A DNA stretch of 64,000 nt, from the NCBI RefSeq assembly GCF_032191835.1, contig NC_083224.1:32736001-32800000 (forward strand). Reading direction: 5' to 3'. The stretch is from Heteronotia binoei (lineage: Eukaryota). Numbering within the stretch: position 1 is the stretch's first letter; the number at the start of each line of letters is the position of its first letter. A model generated the notes under the pieces. The model saw only the letters and a program-made list of their open reading frames with translations, did no database searches and was not told the origin of the DNA. The translations under genes and the position numbers were made by a program. This document shows positions 25,146 through 35,942 of the stretch, piece by piece.

Positions 25146-26102
25146 ACTGATATTGTCCTAGCTATCCAGCTTGCTTTATAGTGTTTGTAGTCTTGGAGGA
25201 CTGAGCCAGAGACATCACCAGTCTGTTCTTTTAACAGTCATGACCAGGGGGTCTGCAGCAGGAAGGGGGAATTAGAGAAAATTGCTAATTTTGTTTGGAT
25301 GCAATCCAATGGATTGTTGTGTTATTGTTTCAATGGATTGCTGGAAGTCCCCTTCGAAGAACTTTTGCTGAGACTTTGGGGAAGGATATACATATTTTAA
25401 ATAAATAATATCCTATGATTTGGCTGTTTAATACTAATGTTTCCTTTGAAACTCTTTTGTTAAAAACTAGTGACTTTCCAGAAGCAGAGTGCCCTGACAG
25501 AACAAAAATATTCTCCCACCAGTATCTGAATGTTTTCTATTTTTTTATGGTTCCTATTTTTGATCTCAAATTTGCATCTATTTATTGTTGCTTGCATATA
25601 CTAGCCCATTTGTCTTTTGATTATAGCAGAAAGGGTTTATTGACAGATGACTGCAAATCATGAACATTATAAATGAGGGCACACTTCATTTTCTTCATGT
25701 TTATGCCACAATAAATCTGTTAGTCTTTAAGATACCAAAACTCTTTTGGTTCTTGCAACAACAGACTCTGAAACAGTTCTGGAGAGGAATTTGTGTTGGT
25801 TTCTGTTCTAAATTGTGTCTATCTGGACTAGGGTTGCCAGGTCTCTCCTGGCGACCAGCATGGGATGAGGAAGGTTTACCAGGAGTGGTAGAGAGACCCA
25901 GAAGACATCGCTGGTGATGTAGCTACATTACTTCCAGCATGTGATATAATCACATTGCAATGTCACAGCAACATGTTGGTATCTGGGGGTGAGAATCCTT
26001 GCATGCTGCCGATGTGATATCACTTCTGGTGCAGGGGTAGCATGGGTCTCCCTCGCTCTCCTAGTAAGTTCCCCACTAGCCAGCTGATTGCAGGCAAAAG
26101 AT

Positions 26103-26597
26103 TAGAGTTGCCAAGTCCAATTGAAGAAATATCTCCAGACTTTGGGAGTAGAGCCAGGAGACTTTGGGGGTGGAGCCAGGAGCAAGGGTGTGACAAACAT
26201 AACTGAACTCCAAAGGGAGTTCTGGCCATCACATTTAAAGGGACTGCACACCTTTTAAATGCCTTCCCTCCATTGGAAATAGTGAAGGATTGGGGCACCT
26301 TTTTGGAGGCTCATAGAATTGGACCCCCTAGTCCAATCTTTTTGAAACTTGGAGGGTGTTTTGAGGAGAGGCACCAGATGGTATGCTGAAAATCTGGTAC
26401 CTCTATCTCAAAAAGCAGCTCTCCAGAGCCCCAGATACCTTTGGATCAATGCTCCACTATATCCCATGGGAATCAGTCTGCACAGGGAATAATGGAGTGC
26501 CCAGCAGACATTTCCCTCCCCCCCCTGCTTTCTGGTGACCCTGAAGTGGGGGGAGGGCCTCCAAACTGGGGGATCCATCTGGGGATTGGCAACAGTA
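26103..26597. mobile_element. TAGGG-family hAT-type element, reverse orientation, nested in a shorter MITE
   Basis: Ends tagagttgcc / ggcaacagta; TSD caaaagat / aaaaagat. Confidence 0.7.
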
Positions 26598-27397
26598 AAA
26601 AAGATGGGGCCTGGTGGCAGGGCATCCATTCCCCACCTTCACCAGATGAGCTGCCAACTCTAATCTGGACTCTCAATTTTCTATGCTTAGACTGGGCCTT
26701 GCCCCAAACGAGCAGCCCATAGTCTTACCATGGAAAGAAGTCTGAACGGCAAACAGAATGTTTAATCAACATGAAGAAGTGGACAGAGACTACAAAAATG
26801 CTTTAATGTTTGGCTGGAGATCACCCCGTCTTAATTAGGCACAGCAACAAGGAGCGAATGAGTTCATCAAGCTACTTCAAAGAAGGGATTTGAAATATGT
26901 GTGAAGCTTATTTTTTTTTCTGTCCATGAAATTGGGACATAACTAATTAACCTGTCCCCTTGGCTGTCTTGAGAGCCAGATTAGCTGAGAGTGCAGGATA
27001 TAAATATCCAAAAAGGAAATCACCTAAATAAATAAACTGGGAAAATAGCAACAAATTACACACATAGAAAGCCTTGAACTTAAACTTGGCTTAGGAGGGC
27101 ACTGACAGTGATTCCAATTTTTTATTTAGTTATATTATCTATAGTCCACCTTTCTCATCTGAACCCAAGGTGGATTATATGTAGTGAGTCAACCCAATAA
27201 AGAAATGGGATTTTCAAAAAACTAACGTAGAATGATAGAAGACTGGAATTACAGAATGAACAAGAACATAGCGTAAGTACTAACAAGACACATTAAGCAG
27301 TTGATAAACTACATAATAGGATCCTACTTACAACATGCTACATACAGCAGTAAAAACGGCAGTCATTTATCCAAGTAAGGCAGGTTTGGTCACAGCC

Positions 27398-28092
27398 AAG
27401 GCTTGCCAATCCTCAGGTCCCAGCGGGGGTTCTTCCACTTTCCCAGACTCCTTCCCACCCCCCAATCAGCTGGCTGGCGGGGGGAAGCCCCGCCTCCAGA
27501 GGACCATGTGCCTTTCTACCTCTGGAGGCTTCAGTCTCCGATTGAAAGGCTTCCTCTTGGGATGGTGTGTCTGTGTTACTTTGAAGAAGTTGGCAGCAAC
27601 TTGTGAGTAGAGATGCCAATCCCTGCCTCAGAGTTGCCAGAAACGGGGGAGGGGGAGAAACGTCTGCGGAGCACTTCATTATTCCCTATGTGGAGATCAA
27701 TTCTCATAGGGTATAATGGGGAATTGATCTGGAGGTTTCGGGGGCTCTGGGGGAGCTGTTTTTTGAGGTAGAGACACCAAATTTTCAGTATAGTATCTAG
27801 TGTCTCTCCCCAATGTACCCCCAAGTTTCAAAACGATTGGACCAGGTGGTCCAATTCTATGAGCCCCAAGAGAAGGTGCCCCTATCCTTCATTATTTTCT
27901 ATGGGAGGAAGACATTTAAAAAGGTGTGCTGTCCCTTTAAATGTGATGGCCAGAACTCCCTTGTAGTTCTATTATGCTTGTCACACCCTTGTTCCTGGCT
28001 CCGCCCCCAATGTCTCCTGGCACCACCCCAAAGTCTCCTGGCTCCACCCCCAAAGTCCCCAGATAGTTCTTGAATTGGAGTTGGCAACCCTA
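27398..28092. mobile_element. TAGGG-family hAT-type element
   Basis: Perfect TSD tcacagcc at 27390-27397 and 28093-28100. Confidence 0.85.
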
Positions 28093-29009
28093 TCACAGCC
28101 AGATTAACAATTAGGCCAAGTAGGCACTGACATATGGGCCCCCATGCATTTAGGGGCCCTGGGCCCCCATGCATTTAGCCCCCCCACCAATTTCCATCTG
28201 CTTGCAGCCCTCCTAGTCTGCATGAACAGCCAGCAACTGAGCTGCTCTTTGCCCAGCTTGCCCGGTGAGGCTGCAGCTGGCATTGTGGCCAAATTTGTCT
28301 CTCTCTGCCTCTCCCCTGCAGTTTAGTAAAAGAGGCTTTTAAGAAGGTGGCTGCAGCGAGGGCCATGGGCGGTGGGGCGGGCACTCAGACTGAGATAATT
28401 CGTAAGGGGCCTCCCAAGATTTCGATTGCCTAGGGGCCTCTACAGGGTTTAATCCGGAACTGGGTTTGGTGAGCACATTTTTAACCATTCAGTCTTATTA
28501 CCTGCATAGAAACACCACTTGCAGGACTGTGTGTGGCTGCCACTAGACTCACTACTCAGAGGGGATCACTGGGAATAGTAATCCAGCACATCCACACACC
28601 TCTAAAAGTCAAGGTGCAGTTTCTGTAAGGCATCAGAACTACAAAACAAAACAGAATGGACTTCAGTTTAAAACAGCTGAATGCTTGCAAGCTTGTGTGA
28701 GCAATAACATGTTTTAAATCTCTGAGTTAATGCCTTGTGATAGGATTCTGCCTGGGGAATGCATTCCCCCCTGCCCCGCTTTTACACTCTAGTTTTCCCT
28801 CTAGTTTTATATCATTGAATGAGCAGCTCCCCTGGAAAAAATGGCTGCTTTGGACTCTCCAAATGGCATTATAGCTCACTGTGGTCACTCCCCCTCCCCA
28901 ACCCTTCCCTCCCCAGACTCCCTCCCAAATATCCAGGAGTTTGGCAACCCTAGTGCAAGTCATCTGAAACCATGAGGAAATTTTCATAGAGCTGGATCAT
29001 ACTTACAGC

Positions 29010-29198
29010 CAGGGCTTAATTTTTTTTTAAGAAAAAGCCCAGCAAGAATTCATTTGCATACTAGGCCACACCCCTGACACCATCATTTAACACTGAGCTT
29101 TTGGGTAGAAAAAGCTCAGCAGGAACTCATTTGCATATTAGACCACACCCCGTGACACTGAGCCATCCAGAACTGCTTTCCTGTTAAAAAAAGCCCTG
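29010..29198. mobile_element. hAT MITE (CAGGG family)
   Basis: Perfect TSD cttacagc at 29002-29009 and 29199-29206. Confidence 0.85.
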
Positions 29199-29340
29199 CT
29201 TACAGCCAAAGATAGTAGACACTGTATATATTTGCACAGTCCACAGTCCCTACCCCTTTACCAAAAATCTCTCTGAACCATTTTGTTACAGTAAAGCCCA
29301 ATTACCTGTGTGAAGAAGCCCTCTGCAATAATTCAGTTTT

Positions 29341-29800
29341 GCATAAGAACATAAGAGAAGCCATGTTGGATCAGGCCAACGGCCCATCAAGTCCAACACT
29401 CTGTGTCACACAGTGGCAAAAAAATTTATATACACACATACCTGTGGCTAATAGCCACTGATGGACCTGTGCTCCATATTTTTATCTAAACCCTTCTTGA
29501 AGGTGGCTATACTTGTGGCTGCCACCGCCTCCTGTGGCAGTGAATTCCACATGTTAATCACCCTTTGGGTGAAGAAGTACTTCCTTTTATCCGTTTTAAC
29601 CTGGCTGCTCAGCAATTTTATCGAATGCCCACGAGTTCTTGTATTGTGAGAAAGGGAGAAAAGTACTTCTTTCTCTACTTTCTCCATCCCATGCATTATC
29701 TTGTAAACCTCTATCATGTCACCCCGCAGTCAACGTTTCTCCAAGCTAAAGAGTCCCAAGCGTTTCAACCTCTCCTCATAGTTGATGGCAGGGGTCATTT
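29341..29800 (-). mobile_element. CR1 LINE 3' end
   Basis: MIEVYKIMHG...RTRGHSIKL...YFFTQRVINMWNSLP; octamer tail seen as cataagaacataag. Confidence 0.9.
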
Positions 29801-30854
29801 AGTAGAAAAAAAGGTGCTGGAGTTCATTAGCATAACTATTTGCATATCCACACCCTGACATCACCAGAAGGTGGACTAAATTATATCAGCTCAGCATCTA
29901 CCTTAAAATGCTTCTTGAATGATAATTATCATAATAAAACCCCATCATACATTTAAAATACTTTATCCTATGCTGCCACAGCAGCATGAATATTTCCATC
30001 TGTCTGCTTTGCCTGTTTTGGTTATTTTCCCATTTTTGTGGGGGGAAATATTAGAAAGTTTGTCAAATCTTACTTGGTTCAGCAAAATTCTCACAGCAGA
30101 ACAATGGAGCCCAGAAGCAATTTGTTTTTTTGGTGGGGGGAGGTAAGAAAGAAAGAGCACAATAAAATTTAGAGGTTCCAGAGCTCTGCTCCTGTAAGCT
30201 CCTGCCCAAAATGAGGCCTGGTTGATGGAATGCCATGAAAGCGAGAGTCTTCTTGACTTTATCAGGCAGGCCATTCTATAACATTGGGGGGGGGGGCATA
30301 CCAGAGAATGCAGATGTACACTGTACATGCAGTTGTTGATTTTGCCTACTTAGAATCATAGAGTTGGAAGGGACCCTCCTGGGTCATCTAATCCAACCCC
30401 CTGCACAATGCAGGAAACTCACAAATACCTTGCCCCCCCAGTCGGAATGAAGAGGCTGACATAGTATGTTGGGTATAAAAACCGGGCTGCTTTATTGAAA
30501 CAAACTTATCAAACCTATAACTAGCAGGGACAAGCCCTGGGGTCACCCCCTGACCCCGCCTTGTCCTAGGAGGGTGAGCCACCCTGCCCCCAGCACAAGC
30601 CCCCCGTATTTGGGCTGTTGCTGAGCGGCCAGGCCCAAAGCCATTCTCAACCTGGGCTAGCATCAATCCCCCATGGAAAGATCCGCCCAGGTGAGGCTTT
30701 TCTGTGATCTGAATTCCCCGCACTGAGCCGTACAGCCCATCTGCGGTTCATACAGACCACCGGCACACCTGGTGCTAAGCCATAGGTGCTCCCCTGAAAA
30801 CACTGTGGACAATACATCCTCCAGCACCACCAATGCCAAGCCTCTGCTTAGGCA

Positions 30855-31447
30855 TTAGCGCCCCACCGGACGGCCCAGAGCCAACCGCAACCCCTGCCAA
30901 ATCTCTAAAAAGGCCCGGTTGCCCAACTCTGACAGATGGACCCCATCCGGCTGATACAGGTCCGCGTCCTTGACCCATATGGCCAGATGTGGGAGAAAAA
31001 GCCCTAGGCCATTTTCCATGGCCTTCTGCAAGGCCCTGTTTGCCTTACGCCTAGCACTCTCTATCCCACCAGATGAAAGGGCAAACCTCCAAACCCTGCG
31101 AGGCAAAATTGCCGACCATACCAGGACAACACCTGGCCATCTTTGCTTAATTTCCCGAAGGTCAGCCAGCGCCTGCAGTGAGAGGGCTTTCCCCTGCATA
31201 AATCCTAAGTCATTACCACCCAGGTGAATGACCAGGATGTGAGGAGGAGGTGCTGTCCTCTCTCTAAACAATAATGGCATGATCCCTGGCCAGCGCAGGC
31301 CCAGGAAACCCAGCCACTCCACTATTGCCCACTCGCTGAGGCCCAGTTGAGTGCCCACTGGAGACCGCCTGGCTTGATGGGCCGCCTAGAACACCATACT
31401 GTGCCCACAGATGAGGATACGATGCCTCTCACTACGAGCCACAGCAC
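30855..31447 (-). pseudogene. SGNH/GDSL hydrolase ORF of Ngaro copy 2
   Basis: RILICGHSMVF*AAHQA... (one nonsense codon), IHLGGNDLG, LYQPDGVHLSELGN. Confidence 0.88.
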
Positions 31448-31475
31448 CTGAAAAGACAGAAAATTGTCAACACCA
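31448..31475 (-). promoter_or_regulatory. Putative 3' splice acceptor in front of hydrolase (copy 2)
   Basis: Minus strand ttgacaattttctgtcttttcag|GTGCTGTGGC. Confidence 0.6.
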
Positions 31476-31524
31476 AGGAATAGCCAGTGGGCAATAAAAT
31501 AGTCACACTTCCATACAAACCCTC

Positions 31525-32415
31525 CTAAGTGACCAACAGGCATACGTAGGATTTAAAAGCTGCCGACCACCACCGGCCAATACGCTGTATAGTGGAGGGG
31601 GTGTAACCCATCACGGCTGCTGTGGAAGCGGCCCCAATCTGGAATGAATGCGTCCCGAACTTGACACCCTTTAAACCCAGCTCTGCCAGGGCCCAGCTTG
31701 TCACGGCCCAAAACTGATACTTGGTAAGTGGAGAGCCCTCACAATGCCTAAAAAAGGGGCCCCCGTTCTCACCCCTAAGCCGTGTGTAATGTTCCATGGC
31801 CCTAACCGGGCACAATTCAGGCAAGACACACTGACCAATTGTAATGTTTGACCCCTTCTGGCGTTGATCAGTTTTGGACCGCCGAACTGTCAAGATAATC
31901 TGCCCCTGCCCAATTTTAACATCCTTGGCCTGAAGCGCCCGCCCTGAGGTATCAGTCCTGGACTGCACTACCAACTCACTAATGCGCAGAGCGCCGAAAA
32001 AGGCCATTAAAGAGGCTGCATAAAACAGCACAGCCTCGAAAGTAGAAGAACATATACCCGGCCAAATCCCAAACAGCCCCTTGAGTACTGAAGGGGATAT
32101 GGGTTGCCGGGTATCAACCCACAGCCCGCGCTCCCTGACCCAGCCCTCCAACATCTTCCGAACCCTGAAATCACCCGTATTCTCCAGGAACCACTGTGCT
32201 TTGCTAATAAAGGCCAGCGCCGCCAGTTGACCCCTAATTGTCTTGAGCCCCAAGCCTCTCTCCTTCTGATAAACACAAAACTGCATGATATGCACCGTAT
32301 GAACCGGCCAACTATCATGAAGTCTGGCGGTGCTCCTAAATGCCCAAAATTGGGATCCCACCCTATCGTATGCTCTTCTGGTACTAGGTGCCAATGCTAA
32401 ATGAATGGCCCTACC
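31525..32415 (-). pseudogene. Tyrosine recombinase of Ngaro copy 2
   Basis: Open frame; GALRISELV, RRSKTDQ, HSFQIGAA (catalytic Arg changed to Gln), IQRIGRWWSAAFKSYV. Confidence 0.9.
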
Positions 32416-33250
32416 AGCTCGATGCCTAAGAACGTAAGAACGTAAGCACAGAACTGGGCCCCTCGGTCTTTTCATTCGCCAAAGGTACTCCAAGCTCAAG
32501 GGCTAGCTCCTGAAATAACTGTAACAATCTGGCGCATTGCCCCGAGCCCGCTGGACCCACAAAAAGTAATCGTCCAGGTAATGCGCTGTGTCACTAAGCC
32601 CAGACCTATCCCTTAGCACCTATTCCACAAAAGAACTGAAATGCTCGAATGCGGCACAGGATACCGAACAACCCATAGGTAGGGCATGGTCCATGTAAAA
32701 TTTTCCTTCAAAACTAAATCCCAGAAGCTCGAAATCCTCTGGGTGAACTGGCAAGAGGCGAAATGCTGACTTAATGTCACATTTCGCCATCTCGGCCCCA
32801 ATGCCACATCCCCTAACTACTTTGACCACCTGGTCAAAGGAAGTATACCGTACCGAACATAATTAGTCGGGTATGGCATCGTTCACTGATGCCCCTTTTG
32901 GGTAGGACAGATGGTGTATCAGGCGATATTCCCCTGGCGCCTTCTTGGGCACCACCCCCAAAGGGGATACCCATAATGCAGGTACAGGTGGGACATCAAA
33001 GGGTCCTAAGACCCTACCTTCCTGACAATCTTTGGCTATCTTAGCCCTAACCACGTGCTCAAGACCCACCACAGAACGGAGATTAGAAGACAAACAAGGG
33101 ACCCTAGGACCCCCGTAAGGGATCCGGAACCCAACAGAAAATCCATTCCATAAATACTCGCCATCAGCTTTATGGGGATATTTGCTCAATAAACTAATGA
33201 GCACCCTCAGACGAATGGGGCTGGGCCCCTTTTCCAGGGGGCTGCTGATT
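32416..33250 (-). pseudogene. Reverse transcriptase of Ngaro copy 2 (thumb and RNase H missing)
   Basis: SPLGVVPKK...RLIHHLSYP, KCDIKSAFRLLPVHP, LPMGCS, YLDD at 32569-32580, EKTEGP..LTFLGIEL. Confidence 0.88.
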
Positions 33251-34733
33251 GCCTCCACCGCTGGGGCATTTAACCCCGGCCCTTGGCTTTGACCGACTAC
33301 AAGCGGAGAGGGCGTGAGACCCGCCACAGAGTGGGCACTCATGCTTAAATTTACAGGGTTTCCTTGAGCACACACCCTTCGATGCAAACTCCCAGCACAA
33401 CAGCCAGGGTTGAACCAGCTGGCCCACTGAAACGCGGGCCCCTGTGGCAAGCTGCTGCTTATGAGCTAAATGTCTCCTATCGGATCTGTCCCCTGAATTT
33501 GGCTTTGCCGGGGACATCAACTGCTGCCAAAGCTGCTGGTTAATCTGGTCCCATGGCAGCCCCGGGTTAATGGTGGCCCTCATGCGAAAGGCCTTGTCAT
33601 ATTGCAGCCAAGCTGCACCGACGAAATCCGTGTAAGCCCGGTACACAATATCGCAATACTGAAAAAGCGCAGCCACGCGAGCCGGCTGCACCCTTGCACT
33701 AATGCCTGCGTAGATAAGGAAGCCGGGCAGCCAATTAGCCCAGGTTCTGTCCACTTTCCTACGTTTCAACTTCTCCTTTTCTTTATCGTCAAGTTCCTCT
33801 TTGTACTTTTTCTCTAACTCTCTAAAAAGGAGGCTAAAAAGTCTACATATTCCCCACGTAGGATCCTATCCCGTGTGGTCACCGATAGATGGTCCCCTAA
33901 CGGCAATGCCGTGTCGCCATACAGGAGCATATGAAAAGGGATGTTCGCATAGGGATTTGGTGGGTAAAACCACATACCCCTCTGAAAACTCGGCCATGCC
34001 CCCTGCATCTGCATGTATTGCTGCCCGCCCCAGGGTAACACGTCAGGCGGGGCCTGCGTTGCAGTCACCGCCTGTGGCACAGCCGAGGCGACTGGCTGGC
34101 CAGAGGTCTGTAGACCTGGGCTGCCTACCCTGAACCCTTGGGGGGGCTGTGCCCTGATGGCCCCAAGCCCAAGACGGCCCCACCCCCCACTGATCGGCAG
34201 AAGGTCCACTCTGCCCAAAAACCCATGGCACTCCCGCCGCTGTAGTTGGGGGGGGGATGGTAATTGTGTAGGGCTCCAAGGCCACACCTGCAGCTGCTGA
34301 AAGGGGGGCTTACCAACATTCCCAGAGGGGGGAACACTACTGCAACCACCAGAGGCTGCTGCACGACCTTTCCCGATGCACCGCTAACCGAAGGCTCCTC
34401 TGACGGGCCCTCGCCCGGGTCTTCCTCTTGGTCTGGCTCTTGTTGTCATTCAAGCCCTGGCGCTCCTCCCTGTAAAGCAGACAGACGAGCCAGTACCTCC
34501 TTCTCAAAGGTGAAACGGGCTGAGCGCCCTGTCGCACGGCGACGCCCTTCCCATATGGGAGCACCCGTGGCCGCTCTCTGTTGCTCCAGAGCCTCCAATT
34601 GGCCCATAATAGCTAGTCTCACTTGGGCCTCTTGCCCCGGGTCCTCAAAGGGACCAGGTTGCTGACCCCGCCCCCGGGGGGGTCGGGCAGGTTGCTTGCC
34701 TTGAGATTTGCCCTGCACTTTTTTAGGTGCCAT
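33194..34733 (-). pseudogene. Gag-like ORF of Ngaro copy 2
   Basis: MAPKKVQGKSQGKQ start; DRTWANWLPGFLIYAG; CWEFASKGVCSRKPCKFKHECPLCGGSHALSAC; overlaps RT in another frame. Confidence 0.85.
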
Positions 34734-35199
34734 AATGACGCACCACCTAGCAACACTCAGGCATGCCCACAACCAACACCTTACAAAACAATCCTTCCCG
34801 ACCCTAAAATATGGCTGCCACACCCTCACCACCGACACGTGATGAGTGGAGGGGGGCGGTTTAGGAAGGCTGTGGCAAATAAAGAGCAGCAGCCACAGAA
34901 AAACAAGGGGGGGGGGGTAGCAGGCCAAAGCCAGGCACCCACAGCCCCTAAACACCCAGCTGCAAACAGCACTACCCAGGTGGTGTAGGGAGGGTTGTTG
35001 AGGAGGGCTGGGTGGATGATACTTCCCCTAACACCCTTCCCTTGGCCCAATAAAGTTGTGGGGTAGCCAAACCACTCCCCAGAAAACACCCGGCTGGGTG
35101 GGGAGGGGGGGGGCTAACACCGACTCAAAACGCCCCCACACAAACCCCTTCCCACGGAGGGCTATCAAGCCCCACTTGATCCCCAAAGCAGGAAAACCG

Positions 35200-35400
35200 T
35201 GCTGCCCAACAATAGCCGCCGCTCGCGCCTCCAAGCCACCGCGTCAACGTCCCACGCCGATCTGAGGCCTTCGCCGGCGCTATCCCCCGCTCGCGCGCAG
35301 TTCGCCCGCACATGGCTCTCCCTCAGAGAGCTAGAAACAAACTGCGTACTTCAGGGCGCGGGCGGGGCTTATATAGCCCGACGCCGCACCCGGAAGAAGC
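35200..35400 (-). promoter_or_regulatory. CpG-rich putative internal Pol II promoter of Ngaro copy 2
   Basis: Dense CpG; minus strand gctatataagccccgcccgcg (TATA-like plus GC box) around 35358-35378. Confidence 0.5.
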
Positions 35401-35676
35401 ACCCAGATGAACCGGGGCTGTCAATCATCCGCCTCTCCTTCCGAGCTGGCAAAAACGGCCCCCAGCCTAAACGTCGGTGATGCCGGCTTAGCTGGGAAGG
35501 GGTCGGACCTTCCCCTAAATTCACAGAGGAATATTGCTATCAGATGGCCATCTAGCTTCTGTTTAAAAACCTCCAAGGAAGGAGAGCCTACCACCACCAG
35601 AGGAAGCCTGTTCCTCTGAGGAACTGATCTGTCAGGAAGTTCTTCCTAAAGTTGAGCCGGAAACTTTTTTGATTCA

Positions 35677-35942
35677 GACCGTTTTCGCACACAGCTTACC
35701 ACGCAGTCACAATCCTGTTCCCTCTGCAGCATCTGGTCGGATTTCCCACCATCTGCGCCGGAGTTACAGGAAGTGCCGCAGCTTTTGCGTAGCAAACGTA
35801 AACTGGGTTTTAGCGGTTTACATTTGCTACGCAAAAGCCGCGGCACTTCCTGTAACTTTGGCACAGATGGCAGGAAATCCAACTGGACGCTACGGAGGGA
35901 ACAGGATTGTGACTGCATGGTAAGCTGTGTGTGAAAACGGTC
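35677..35942. mobile_element. Fully palindromic MITE, PIF/Harbinger-like
   Basis: TIR gaccgttttcgcacacagctt / aagctgtgtgtgaaaacggtc; 3-bp TSD tca at 35674-35676 and 35943-35945. Confidence 0.85.

Larger units (their letters stand above)
30432..35511 (-). mobile_element. Ngaro-type tyrosine-recombinase retrotransposon, copy 2 (internally deleted)
   Basis: gag, RT, YR, SGNH; both ends fixed by the interrupted CR1; acctt at 30427-30431 and 35507-35511. Confidence 0.9.
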
